From: Candidatus Multivoradales bacterium
GTDB taxonomy: Bacteria > Acidobacteriota > Thermoanaerobaculia > Multivoradales > Multivoraceae
DNA length: 64,000 bases
Direction: 5' to 3'
Assembly: GCA_965223325.1 (NCBI GenBank)
Contig: CBDCWI010000002.1
Span: forward strand, 4,224,001 to 4,288,000
Position 1 is the first letter of the stretch. Each line of letters begins with the position of its first letter. The position numbers and the translations under genes were made by a program. Below, piece by piece: positions 27,825 to 38,022 of the stretch. A model generated the notes under the pieces. The model was not told the DNA's origin. It did not search any database and worked only from the letters and a program-made list of their open reading frames with translations.

Positions 27825-29384
27825 TCAGTGGAGCGTCCAGTGGGGCGCTGGCGCGCCACTTTCGAAGTCGTCCTGGGAGATGAGCCCGGAGTCGACGGTG
27901 CGGAAGGTCCAGTGACCTCGCTCATCTCCCGGCTCGACGTCCTGGGTAGTGACGACCTCTTGCTCGTCGCTGGTCACGAGATATCCCCCGGTCCAGCGAT
28001 TGCGTAGGCGAACGGTGTGCTCCACCGCTGTGGGCTCGACGATCCACTGCTCGCTCCACCAGTCGAGCACCAGGTCGAAAACGCGCGCCGGGGCGCCGTC
28101 GTGTTCACCGGACGCGTTGAGGTAGTTGCCACCGCCCCAGGCGCAGCGTAGGCGCTGTCCACCCTGTGGCGCTGGCTCGAGAAACCAGCGCTGACTGAGC
28201 CATTCGGTGACCAACGGCTGCAGGGAGACGGGGGCGTTTACCTCGTCGCGGTTCTGATGGAGATACCTGCCCTGTGCGCGGTTCTCGATGCGCACTTCTC
28301 GCACGTCGGGCGGCACCTCAGTCTCCCCTCGGAAGGCCTCAACCAATCCCCAGTAGGCCGGCTTCTTCTCATACACAGTGGAGAAGGGAAGTGGGTAGTA
28401 GGGAGGGTCGGCGCCGGGTCGGTTGTTGAGCCAGGTGTACTTGTCGCTCAGACCCCAGGTCTGGAAGAGCTCTCCGCGGGTTGGATTGGCGAGAAAAATG
28501 TGGGCGATCTTCTCGTAGGCCAGTCGCTGGTCTTCGAACGCTCCCGGCGAGGAGTCCTTCAACCACACGTCGAGTTCCGTGATGTAGTTCGTAAGGCCCA
28601 GGGCCGAGACTTCCGCCATGCGCTCTCTTAGCTTGAAGCCAGGGTCTCGAAGAACTGTGTCGGGATCCGTGTGCAGCTGCCAGCCGACCCCGTCGATCTC
28701 ACCGCCGAGAGCCCGTACCTCGCGCAGCATGGCGTAGAGCGTCGCCCACTTTGCGGCGTTGCTCTCCATCCCGTAGTCGTTGTAGATCAGAACTGCCTCG
28801 GGCGCGGCGCGTCGCGCTGTCTGGAAGGCGTCGACCAGGAACTGCGCGCTCTGGGCGCGGTTCCAGAAGTTGTCGCGGTAGCCGCCCTGGTCATCGATGG
28901 CTTCGTTCACGACATCCCAGTAGGTGACATCGGCCCCGAATTCTTCGATCACTCGCTCGATGTGGGTGACCATCAACTCGCTAGCATCGAACTCCGCTTC
29001 GCCCTCGAGCACCCAGCTGGGAAGCGTCGAGTCAACGGCCCAGATGAGTGGATGACCGTGAAGCGGCCAGCTGTTCGCGTGCCCCAGTTGGAGAGCGCTC
29101 TGGGCGCGGCTCCAGTCCCAGGTGTCGACGTCGGGCCGTGTGTCCCACCAATACAGTCCCAGGGTGCCGACCGCCATCTGGTCTTCGAGAAGCGCAACGT
29201 TCTCCGGATCATGCAGGTCGAAGAGTGGCGCTCCAAACAGCACTCCGCGGTCGCTGGCCGCCTGGCGGAGTTCCTGTGCGCTTGCCCGATCGGGCGCGAG
29301 AAGACCCAGCAGGACGAGGCCAGCCGCCAGGGCGGAAAGTGAACGCACGGGTCGAACGCACTGCATGCGCCAGGCGCGGGTCAT
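27825..29384 (-). CDS. GH10 endo-1,4-beta-xylanase with ricin-type (CBM13-like) domain and C-terminal DDFESG tag
   Basis: HGHPLIW, WDVVNEA (acid/base), YNDY, ITELDV (nucleophile), KKPAY; QxW-like repeats (SQRW, SEQW); tail ISQDDFESGAPAPHW. Confidence 0.9.
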   Translation of the reverse strand: MTRAWRMQCVRPVRSLSALAAGLVLLGLLAPDRASAQELRQAASDRGVLFGAPLFDLHDPENVALLEDQMAVGTLGLYWWDTRPDVDTWDWSRAQSALQLGHANSWPLHGHPLIWAVDSTLPSWVLEGEAEFDASELMVTHIERVIEEFGADVTYWDVVNEAIDDQGGYRDNFWNRAQSAQFLVDAFQTARRAAPEAVLIYNDYGMESNAAKWATLYAMLREVRALGGEIDGVGWQLHTDPDTVLRDPGFKLRERMAEVSALGLTNYITELDVWLKDSSPGAFEDQRLAYEKIAHIFLANPTRGELFQTWGLSDKYTWLNNRPGADPPYYPLPFSTVYEKKPAYWGLVEAFRGETEVPPDVREVRIENRAQGRYLHQNRDEVNAPVSLQPLVTEWLSQRWFLEPAPQGGQRLRCAWGGGNYLNASGEHDGAPARVFDLVLDWWSEQWIVEPTAVEHTVRLRNRWTGGYLVTSDEQEVVTTQDVEPGDERGHWTFRTVDSGLISQDDFESGAPAPHWTLH

Positions 29385-29507
29385 GCCTCTCCTACAAGAA
29401 GCGAGCCCCCTGGCTTTCGCTAGCTTGCCGAATCTCGAGTGATGATCGTGATACGATTGCATATTCCAATTTATCTTTTAGTGTACCATCTGCGCGAGGA
29501 GAGTCGG

Positions 29508-30782
29508 ATGTTTCGTATTACTACCAGGCCCCTATCCGGGTTCCTGTTCGGACTCATGTTGGCAGGAACAGCGGCTGCACAGGAGCGTCCGCTCCTCGAG
29601 ATTGACGACTTCGTATTCCGCGGTGCGTTCCGCGTGCCCGCCGGTGATTTCGGGGTTTCGTCGCTGAACTACTCAGAGGGACCTCTAGCGCTCTGCCGGG
29701 GAGGATCGTCGTTCTTCATCGTCGGGCATAGCCATCACCAGGCTCTCGCCGAGTTCCCACTTCCGGCGCTCGTCGATTCGTTCGCGCTCGATGATCTGTT
29801 GATGGCCGAAGAGCCTCTACAGGCTTTTGCCTCGGTGCTGGACCACGCGTCAGGGGGTAACCCCGACAACATCGATCGCATTGGTGGTCTCTGGTGTGAA
29901 GAAACCGGCGAGGGTCCAAAGCTCCTCGTCAACGGCTACGAGTACTACGACGCCGACGCCAATGTCACCGACTCCACGCTGCGTGTCGAGAATCCGCTTG
30001 ATCTATCCGGCTCGACGGTGAGCGGGTTCTTCGAGTTCGAAGACCCGGCAGGTCATCTCTCGGGCTGGATCTCGGAGATTCCTCCCGAGTGGCAGACCGC
30101 TCTCGGCGGCAGTCACATCACCGGTCACTCGAGCGGCATCCCGATCAACGGCCGCGCCAGCATCGGGCCTTCGGCGTTCGCCTTCGAGCTCGACGATCTC
30201 CTGGGTGTGACGGACCCGACGACGCCGATCGCCAGTGAAGCGCTCCTCGACTTCGCCCTCGCCGATCCCCTCCACGATGACCTGTCGAACGCGTCGCGGT
30301 CCAACCACCTCTGGACCCATCTTTCGCGCGCGGTCTATGGTTTCATTCCTCCGGGTACCCGCACCTACGTCACCCTCGGACACAGCGGTGGCCACGCTAG
30401 CGGGGTTTGCTACAAGTGTGAGCAGAGCAACGGCGTCGAGTGCGGCGGTTATTGCGCTCCGGACATCAACGACTATTCGCTCTACTACTGGCTATGGGAC
30501 GTAGAGGAGCTGGTTGCCGCAAGGGAAGGTCGCGTTTTACCGTCGGCGCTTCGGCCCTACGACTATGGTCCCTTCCCGGCCGCCTTCGAAACGCACGAGA
30601 TGGGAGGTGGCAGCTGGGACCCCTCCTCCGGGCTGCTCTACCTGACCCTGCAGCGCGCCGACACCGAACAGGGAGAGTACGCGACACCGCCGGTGGTGGT
30701 GGCCTACAGAATCGTCGGTGCGCACACCGATGCGATCTTCTCGGACGACTTCGAGAGCGGCAATGTAGATGTCTGGGGTTGA
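29508..30782 (+). CDS. Secreted hypothetical protein with Cys cluster and C-terminal IFSDDFESG tag
   Basis: GAGGAG RBS, signal peptide (AAAQE), CYKC...CGGYC, tail DAIFSDDFESGNVDVWG. Confidence 0.75.
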   Translation: MFRITTRPLSGFLFGLMLAGTAAAQERPLLEIDDFVFRGAFRVPAGDFGVSSLNYSEGPLALCRGGSSFFIVGHSHHQALAEFPLPALVDSFALDDLLMAEEPLQAFASVLDHASGGNPDNIDRIGGLWCEETGEGPKLLVNGYEYYDADANVTDSTLRVENPLDLSGSTVSGFFEFEDPAGHLSGWISEIPPEWQTALGGSHITGHSSGIPINGRASIGPSAFAFELDDLLGVTDPTTPIASEALLDFALADPLHDDLSNASRSNHLWTHLSRAVYGFIPPGTRTYVTLGHSGGHASGVCYKCEQSNGVECGGYCAPDINDYSLYYWLWDVEELVAAREGRVLPSALRPYDYGPFPAAFETHEMGGGSWDPSSGLLYLTLQRADTEQGEYATPPVVVAYRIVGAHTDAIFSDDFESGNVDVWG

Positions 30783-32610
30783 GCCAGTCGGGACCGTGCC
30801 CGAGGCGGTCGTGGGCTGGCTTTTGCCAAGGGCTCGCTCTGTGTCTGCCCGGTCAGCGATCCTGACGGCGCTCGTTTCGACGGCACTGCTTCTGGTCTCG
30901 CCGAGGTCAGCTCGGGCCTGGACACCGCCGATCGGTATTCCGCCTCCCGACTTCGGCATCGTGGAAAGCCACCTCGACTATGAGAGCGCGCTCTACGACT
31001 TCGGCGACGGGCCCGAGGCCTACCGCGATGCCGGCAACGGGCCCTACACGCACTTCGTTGACAACTCCGCACCGAACTGCGCCGACGACGTCGACGGTGA
31101 ACCCAGCTACGGCTCACCGGAGGTGCCGCGCTGCACGATTCCCGGTCGCGACGGCGACCCGCTTCCGGCCGGCAGTGTGGTCGAGATCCACGGGGTCTAC
31201 GACTACGCCCACACCAGCCCTCGCGACCTGCATGCTGCGGGCACAGAGGAGCGCCCGGTCTACTTCCGCGGCCCCAACGCCGGTCAAAGGCCACAGATCT
31301 TGCGTGCGATCGCCGTGATCGGCACAAGCTACGCCATCTTCGAGAACCTCGAAATGCGCGACGCCGACGGCGATCTGGCGGGTGGCCCGACCGGCGCTTT
31401 CGCGATTACCGACAAGAACGGGATCGACTTCGATTCCGACCACGTCGTTCTTCGCCACAGCGAGCTTTCTGGGAATCTCACCGATGGCGGCCTGGGCATT
31501 GGTGGCTACGGCGGCGGTTCACAGGTCACCGACGTCGTCATCTACGACAACTTCATTCACGACAACGGCGACGTCGAGGCTGACTTCGACCAGGACGTTC
31601 ACTGCATCGCGGTTGGTGTGGGAGTTGCACGCCTGTGGATCGTTGACAACGAACTGGCCCGCTGCAGTGGCGACGGCGTCCAGATCAACGCCGGCGAGAT
31701 CCAACAGGCGAGCACGCACCATATCTACGTCGGCCGCAACGGGTCTTACAGTCACAAGCAGATCGGCCTGTGGACCAAGCAGGCGGTCGATGTGATTTTC
31801 TCGCAGAACCACATCTACGACCTTCGTCCGAGCGATTCTTCGAGCGGCGCTTGCATTGGTCAACAGTATGGGCCCGAGAATGTCTGGTACATAGCGAACG
31901 TCCTGCACGACTGTGAGTCGGGGATTCGGTTCGAAAGCGACAGCGACCAGGGCTTCGGAACCCGGGCCTACATCGTCGGCAACCTGATTTACGACATCAA
32001 CAACAGCGAGAGCTGGAGCGCCGGCAACCCGCACGACAGCGGGGCGATTGTCCTGCGCGGCGGAGTCGAGCGCCGGGTCGTCAACAATACGATGTGGAAC
32101 GTCCAGGCTGGGCTCCTGTCACCCTCGGGTGCGGGATCGATCGCGGTGGTCAACAATATCTTTGGCGCGCGCAGCACCAGCGAGGGGCGGGACCTCTTCT
32201 TCGAGCGCAGTGCGCTCGCTTCGGCGTCCGAGATGCGCAACAACCTGTTCGGTGACTCTGAGCCGCGCATTCAGTGGGGCGACGGCCAGGTGGTGGACCT
32301 GGCCGCCTTCCAGGCCGCTTCGGGCAAGGGCCAGAACAGCCAAGCTGCAGACCCGGTGTTCGTGGCGCTAGAGAGCGGCGACTTTCATCTCGCACCCGGC
32401 TCGCCAGCGGTCGATGCAGGTACCCTCGATGAGGTCTATGCCACCTTCTTTGACCGCTACGGCATCTCAATCGTCTTCGATGCCGATGGCCTCGAACGCC
32501 CGTGGGGTCGTGCGATCGACCTTGGCGCCTTCGAGCGCGGCATCAATATCTGGAGCGATGGTTTCGAGAGCGGCGACTCCTCGCGGTGGAGCTCATCTGT
32601 TGGCGCTTGA
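30769..32610 (+). CDS. Secreted right-handed parallel beta-helix protein (pectin-lyase-like) with choice-of-anchor-Q-like end and C-terminal IWSDGFESG tag
   Basis: Repeated Asn-ladder strands (DNFIHDN, NHIYD, NTMWN, NNIF), DFHLAPGSPAVDAG...DLGAFE, tail IWSDGFESGDSSRWS. Start position uncertain. Confidence 0.82.
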   Translation: MSGVEPVGTVPEAVVGWLLPRARSVSARSAILTALVSTALLLVSPRSARAWTPPIGIPPPDFGIVESHLDYESALYDFGDGPEAYRDAGNGPYTHFVDNSAPNCADDVDGEPSYGSPEVPRCTIPGRDGDPLPAGSVVEIHGVYDYAHTSPRDLHAAGTEERPVYFRGPNAGQRPQILRAIAVIGTSYAIFENLEMRDADGDLAGGPTGAFAITDKNGIDFDSDHVVLRHSELSGNLTDGGLGIGGYGGGSQVTDVVIYDNFIHDNGDVEADFDQDVHCIAVGVGVARLWIVDNELARCSGDGVQINAGEIQQASTHHIYVGRNGSYSHKQIGLWTKQAVDVIFSQNHIYDLRPSDSSSGACIGQQYGPENVWYIANVLHDCESGIRFESDSDQGFGTRAYIVGNLIYDINNSESWSAGNPHDSGAIVLRGGVERRVVNNTMWNVQAGLLSPSGAGSIAVVNNIFGARSTSEGRDLFFERSALASASEMRNNLFGDSEPRIQWGDGQVVDLAAFQAASGKGQNSQAADPVFVALESGDFHLAPGSPAVDAGTLDEVYATFFDRYGISIVFDADGLERPWGRAIDLGAFERGINIWSDGFESGDSSRWSSSVGA

Positions 32611-32651
32611 GCTGCGTGGGTGACTGCTCCTGCCGCCTCAGCTCCAGGTGG

Positions 32652-33068
32652 TTACGATGACGCCTCCGGCGTGAGGTCGAAGTGCACCTCGAAGTCAACG
32701 TCCTGGCGGAGCGTTTGCCAGACCGAACAGTACTTCTCGCGCGACAGTTTGATCGCACGCTCGACCCTCGTCGCCTCGACGTCTCCCTGGATCTTGAAGT
32801 GGAGGTCGAATGAGACGAACCGTCGCGGCGGCTGGTCGGCGCGCGTGCTTTTGAGTTCGATGTTGAGCGCGTCCAGAGGCTGGCGGCCCTTTTGGAGAAT
32901 CATGACGACGTCGATCGCCATGCAGCCGGCAAGGCCGGCGGCCAGTGCCTGCATCGGCGAGAGGGCGTCGTCGTTACTGCCGTCGAGCAGCACCGGAACC
33001 CCGTCCGAGGTTCCGCGGAAGCGCTCGCCTCCCTCCCACTTCAGTTGAACGTTGACGGATTTCGACAT
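32652..33068 (-). CDS. OsmC/Ohr family protein
   Basis: SPMQALAAGLAGC...EKYCSV two-Cys signature. Confidence 0.9.
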   Translation of the reverse strand: MSKSVNVQLKWEGGERFRGTSDGVPVLLDGSNDDALSPMQALAAGLAGCMAIDVVMILQKGRQPLDALNIELKSTRADQPPRRFVSFDLHFKIQGDVEATRVERAIKLSREKYCSVWQTLRQDVDFEVHFDLTPEASS

Positions 33069-33078
33069 TGAGAAGGGC

Positions 33079-34674
33079 TCAGAGCGACGTGCGAATCTTC
33101 TCGAGCTGGTCGGAACGCTTCTTTCCTAGGGCGGCGCCGACCTTGATCTCGTCTCCGAGCTCGAGGTACTTCTGCTCGCCGGGTTCGAAAACTGGCCACG
33201 CGGGCTGGCCCTGGACGTTAGGGTCGCCAGTCCTCGCGAACTGCACCCAGTACTCGATCATGGCAGCGGCCAAGGCGTCGTCGGTGTCGCCGTAGGCGTC
33301 ACCCTGGAGGGTGTTGAAAACGTAGCCGAGCTCTGCCGCGTGGTGTGCCCCGAGCATCGGCATTGCCGGGCTCTGACGGGTGAAGTTGTACTGGTAGGCC
33401 GGTGCCTCGACTTTGGTGTGTCCAAGCAGCATGTTGCGCGAGGCCCGCAGGAACCAGCCGTCGGTGAGATACCCGTTGACCTGTGCCCGCAGCTCCTTGG
33501 CGTCGCTCGACGGGTAGAGGGCGGCGACCTCCTTTGCTCGCTCACCGTAGACGGTTTCGAGCAGGCCAACGAAGGCCTCGCGTGTCCCCGCCGGAATCAT
33601 TTGCATGAAGAGCGTCCCCTCGTCGGTGTTGGTGCCGACGATCATTGGCACCGAGGCCTGGCGCCCACTGAGGAAGATGTCTTCAGTTGGTGCGGGAAGA
33701 AACTTGCCGTCGATTGTTGCAACAGCCGAGAAGGCTTGTGCCTTCTTGTTGATGGCGTCGGGCTCGAGCGCGCGGAGTTCGCTCAGGCTGGGTGAATCGC
33801 TGCCCGTCATCGCCTTCGCCCAGGACACGCCTAGTGCATGCGAGCTCTTCACTGACGGTGAGTCCTCGGTGAGGTGCGTGATGTTGGTTTCGTTGACCCA
33901 GGGCGACTGAGCGATCGCACGGTGGAACAGGCCTCGGGCGCGCGGCGAAGCCATGAGCGCGTGCACGCTGGTGCCGCCAGCCGATTCGCCAAAGATCGTC
34001 ACGTTCGAGGGGTCGCCACCGAACGCGGTGATGTTTCGCTTGACCCATTCAAGTGCCGCGACCTGGTCGAGGAAACCGTAGTTGCCAGAGACTCCCTCGG
34101 CGGACTCGGCCGAGAGTTCTGGGTGCGCCAGGAAGCCGAGTGCACCGAGCCGATAGTTGATGCTCACTAGCACCACGCCTCGCTTGGCGAATTCGGAGCC
34201 CTCGTAGCTCACCTGATTGCTCCAGCCAAGTGTCAGGCCACCGCCGTGGATCCAGACCATCACCGGAAGATCGTCGCCGGCGGCCGCCGTCGTCCAGACG
34301 TTGAGGAAGAGGCAGTCTTCGTCGGTGGCGGGGAAGGCCTCGCCAGTCATCGCCACCAGCGTTGGTAGCTGCGGGCAGATCTTCCCGAACTCCAGGGCCG
34401 AGCGCTCACCCTCCCACGGCGCGACTGCGCCAGGCGGCTTCCAGCGCTGGCTGCCGATCGGCGGGGCGGCATAGGGGATGCCGCGGTAGATCCGCATTCC
34501 ATCCGGACGTAGCTCACCAACGAGAGTGCCGCTCTCGATGGTGACCGTTGCGGCGTCCTGGTCGCGATTCGCGGTGGGAGCCGCGACTGCGAGCGAGACC
34601 AGTAGGAGGGAGGCCCCCAGGGCGACAACGACTCTCGTGGGAAAGGGCGTCTCTAGAAGACGTTGAAGTTTCAT
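33079..34674 (-). CDS. Carboxylesterase type B (p-nitrobenzyl esterase-like)
   Basis: GIPYAAPP, EDCLFLNVW, WIHGGG, GESAG nucleophile elbow, HAAEL. Confidence 0.93.
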   Translation of the reverse strand: MKLQRLLETPFPTRVVVALGASLLLVSLAVAAPTANRDQDAATVTIESGTLVGELRPDGMRIYRGIPYAAPPIGSQRWKPPGAVAPWEGERSALEFGKICPQLPTLVAMTGEAFPATDEDCLFLNVWTTAAAGDDLPVMVWIHGGGLTLGWSNQVSYEGSEFAKRGVVLVSINYRLGALGFLAHPELSAESAEGVSGNYGFLDQVAALEWVKRNITAFGGDPSNVTIFGESAGGTSVHALMASPRARGLFHRAIAQSPWVNETNITHLTEDSPSVKSSHALGVSWAKAMTGSDSPSLSELRALEPDAINKKAQAFSAVATIDGKFLPAPTEDIFLSGRQASVPMIVGTNTDEGTLFMQMIPAGTREAFVGLLETVYGERAKEVAALYPSSDAKELRAQVNGYLTDGWFLRASRNMLLGHTKVEAPAYQYNFTRQSPAMPMLGAHHAAELGYVFNTLQGDAYGDTDDALAAAMIEYWVQFARTGDPNVQGQPAWPVFEPGEQKYLELGDEIKVGAALGKKRSDQLEKIRTSL

Positions 34675-34810
34675 GACGGCACTCCTGTGAATCGGCGGTT
34701 GTGGTGCAAGGCTCAATCATGTCAGGTGGCACCTTCCACTTTGGAGAAGGGGACCGCGGACAAACCGGGGAGCGTTCGCAGGGCTCGGAAAAGGTCCCGG
34801 CCAGGGCGCG

Positions 34811-37123
34811 TCAGACCAACGCGCTCTCTTGACCGGAGTCCCGTACGAACAGGCACGTGCTCTGGGTGAACTCGACCGCTTGGCCGATGAACTCCCGGTC
34901 GACCTCGCGCGCCAGGCCGAAGACGTTCAGGTCAGCGCGTGGTGCGCGTCTTACATACCGAGCGAAGGGTGCCTGTTCTACGATGATCTCGAAGCCTGGC
35001 GGCATCCGGGCCAGGACCATCAGGTCGTGCAGGTACTGACTCGCCCTTTCTACATGCGCGTCCTCTCGCACCAGGGTGATGACCCGGAGCTTCATCTTCC
35101 AGTTGCGCATCAGCATCAACGCCAGCAGGAGCTGTAGATCGCGATTGGCAAGGTCGAAGCTCAAGTGCCAATTCGGTGACTGGTCACTGATCCAGACGTT
35201 GAGCCGACGCCTGAGGGCGAAGCCCGCATCGGGATGTCGGGCGAGAAGGGCGAAACCCATCTCGTGCTTCTCGGCGATCGCGATCATCGCTTCGAGGTCC
35301 TCCTGCGAGCGATCCTCGGCGGTCGCGAAGAGAATGTTGGGTCGGAAGAACGAGCTTTCGAGAACACTTGCCGAGGTTCTGAGGCTTCCAAGGAAGTCGG
35401 GTGAGTCGACGATCGTGGAAGGTGCAAAAATCCGCTCTTCCTTGAGTTCGCCAATCAGTTGGGGCAAAGCGTCGAGGCCGGTGTTCTCCGGGGTGGGCCG
35501 TACCCCGAGCACCTGAATCGAGCCTTTGGGGCGAGAAAGCGCCAGCAGGATGTGGAAGATGCCTTCCAGCTGGGTTGCACGCTCGATCGGCACCAGAAAG
35601 TCCGGCTTCCAACCACGCAGGGTGCGACCGCTCGAACCCATCGCTACGCGCGTCGCTGCCCAATCGGCGATCGACATGAAGAGTCCACTGTTGAGGGTCT
35701 CGTAGGGGTCATCGAGCGACCTGCGATCGAGCAGAACGTAGATCGCCAGTGAGATGAGAACGCACGCGAGCCCGATCACCGGCGCCACGACGACGATCGC
35801 GGCCAGGGTCGCCAGGCTGCCGAGCACTGGCACGGCGATTGGGACACGAAAGAGCGGTCGGAAGCTGATCAGGTTGAGCTGCTTCTCGATGACCAGGATC
35901 AGGTTCACGGTGAAGTAGGTCATCAAGAAGAAGACGGTCACGACGCGCGCAATGCTGTTGAGGTCACCGAACAGAATGGCCACAAAGACAAGAGCGCCGG
36001 TAAAGGCTACGGCGTTGCGTGGCTCGCCTCTGGTCTCGCGACTGAAGAAGCGAGCGAACGGCACGATGGAGTGCTTGCCGAGGGCGTTGAGGGTCCGCGG
36101 CGACGCAACCAGGGAGCTGAGCGCGGCGACGAAGCACGACGATAGAACGCCAATCAGGATGCCGGGCCCCCATGAAGCCTTGTCGACGGCAACGGTGAGA
36201 TTCGTCTTGAGCTCGGCAGGCGTTGCGACGAGCGAATACCAGACCGCCAGCAGCAGGTAGACGGCGAGCGAGATCCCCCAGGCCGCCATCGTGCCGCGCG
36301 GAATGCTGCGCCGAGGATCGGCGAGGTTCCCGGACATGCTCGCGCCCACCATGATGCCCGTGGAAGCCGGGAAGAACACCGCGAACAGCGTCCAGAACGT
36401 GACTCCTTCGAAGTCGCCGACGAGGTGAGGTGCCTGCAGGTCGCCGGCGCGCAGCGTCCACGCCATCGAACCGAGGGCGATGAAGACTCCCGCCATCACC
36501 AGAAGTTGTGCCCTGAACGCCAGGCTGGTGCTCAAGTAGGACAGCGCGAAGACGGCAGCGAAGACTGCGATCGCGACCAGGGTGGAGTCGTGTTGTGGGA
36601 ACAGGTAGCCCCAGCCTTCGACGAAGCCGTAGAGGTACATCGCCACCGAGAGAGTCTGGGCGAGATAGAAGGGGATGCCGATGCTTCCGCCCACCTCGAG
36701 CCCGAGGGCCTGCGTCGCGATCGAGAACACCCCGCCGGCGCCGAGGCGGATGTTGGTGGTGATCGACGACAGCGAAAGTGCCGTCGTGCCGGTGATGAAG
36801 TAGGCGGTGAGAATGAGAAGCACCGCACCGCCGAGGCCGGCGTGGCCCACGACCCAGCCCTCGCGCAGGTACATCATCACGCCGAGGATGGTTAGCACCG
36901 TTGGCCGGACAACGCCGGTGAAGGTGCCGAAGCGCGCACCGGTGACCGTCGTCTTCTCACGGTTGGCGAGATCGGACTCGATCGTCGTCGCGTTGTCGCT
37001 GCCCTCGGCTTCGAGTGCCTCGACGGCCGATTCGGCGATCACGTCGGTGGCGGCCGTCGCTTCGTCGTGCGCGCGCGGCGGCGCTTCACTGCGTTGCTTC
37101 TCGGCAGGCGATGCGTCGCTCAT
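34811..37123 (-). CDS. Cation-chloride cotransporter (SLC12-like) amino acid permease
   Basis: FGTFTGV..PTVLTILGVMMYLREGWVVG, FFPASTGIMVG, FRPLF, WKP, FFRPNI; many TM helices plus cytoplasmic C-terminal domain. Confidence 0.88.
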   Translation of the reverse strand: MSDASPAEKQRSEAPPRAHDEATAATDVIAESAVEALEAEGSDNATTIESDLANREKTTVTGARFGTFTGVVRPTVLTILGVMMYLREGWVVGHAGLGGAVLLILTAYFITGTTALSLSSITTNIRLGAGGVFSIATQALGLEVGGSIGIPFYLAQTLSVAMYLYGFVEGWGYLFPQHDSTLVAIAVFAAVFALSYLSTSLAFRAQLLVMAGVFIALGSMAWTLRAGDLQAPHLVGDFEGVTFWTLFAVFFPASTGIMVGASMSGNLADPRRSIPRGTMAAWGISLAVYLLLAVWYSLVATPAELKTNLTVAVDKASWGPGILIGVLSSCFVAALSSLVASPRTLNALGKHSIVPFARFFSRETRGEPRNAVAFTGALVFVAILFGDLNSIARVVTVFFLMTYFTVNLILVIEKQLNLISFRPLFRVPIAVPVLGSLATLAAIVVVAPVIGLACVLISLAIYVLLDRRSLDDPYETLNSGLFMSIADWAATRVAMGSSGRTLRGWKPDFLVPIERATQLEGIFHILLALSRPKGSIQVLGVRPTPENTGLDALPQLIGELKEERIFAPSTIVDSPDFLGSLRTSASVLESSFFRPNILFATAEDRSQEDLEAMIAIAEKHEMGFALLARHPDAGFALRRRLNVWISDQSPNWHLSFDLANRDLQLLLALMLMRNWKMKLRVITLVREDAHVERASQYLHDLMVLARMPPGFEIIVEQAPFARYVRRAPRADLNVFGLAREVDREFIGQAVEFTQSTCLFVRDSGQESALV

Positions 37124-37446
37124 ACCAGCCATCGTACGCAACGATCGCTACCGGCGCGAGATGCACGAGCAGTTCGGGGGGAGTGCGAAACGCCGACCGG
37201 TGCCAGGTGCTAGAGGCAGCAGGTGCTGCGGCGGCGAGAAACAAAGACCCGCAGCCGTCCCTCGCCCGATCCGCTCGAGCTCTTTGTGCCGCTCGAGAAG
37301 GGGCTCAGCGTACCCCCGGGTCGAAGCCTGGCCCCCGCCTCATCCTGGCCTCAGGTAACTCATCTTCCGTTGTCCTACGGTTCCTGCCCTCGGAAACACC
37401 GCCGGGCCAACGCTTGATCCTGCTCGGCAAACAAAGGAGATACTCG

Positions 37447-38022
37447 ATGAAGTTCTACCCGAATCGTGCCCGGAAGCCGCCAATCAGCAGGCAAGTACTC
37501 CTGGCTCTCGCGACCATCTGGGTGTTGGGTTCCCCGGCCGGCGCGCAGCAGATTCCTGAGCCGTCACCTCGGCTCGAGGAGCTCGAGTTCACGCTCGGTA
37601 CCTGGGAAACGGACCTCCGGGTGGTCGATTCGAATGGCGAGGTAGTGCGCGAGAGCAAGGGCCGCGAAGTCGTGACACTGGAGAACAACGGACTTCTCCT
37701 TCTGGGCAGCTCATACCAGGAGGGCGGAGACGAGCCGGTGCAGCGACGATGGCAGTTCTTCGACCGTTACAAGAAGCGCCTCAACGACGTCACCTTCGAC
37801 CTGGTTGGTCATTTCGAGCGTCGCGTCGAGACCCGGAACGGCGACAAGTTGGCGTTCGGGTTCCCCGAGCCGGTGTCGTTCCAGGACGGGATCTTCCGCG
37901 ACTGGCGAAAGACCTACTCTGAGATTACCGCCGACTCGTACAAGGTCATCTGGGAGCACACCGACGACGGCCTTGACTGGACTCGGTGGGCGGAGGTGAG
38001 CTTCAAGAGGCTGAAGGAGTAG
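37447..38022 (+). CDS. Secreted hypothetical protein (beta-barrel, DUF1579-like)
   Basis: AAGGAG RBS before ATG 37447, signal peptide, LEFTLGTW...DDGLDW. Confidence 0.6.
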   Translation: MKFYPNRARKPPISRQVLLALATIWVLGSPAGAQQIPEPSPRLEELEFTLGTWETDLRVVDSNGEVVRESKGREVVTLENNGLLLLGSSYQEGGDEPVQRRWQFFDRYKKRLNDVTFDLVGHFERRVETRNGDKLAFGFPEPVSFQDGIFRDWRKTYSEITADSYKVIWEHTDDGLDWTRWAEVSFKRLKE

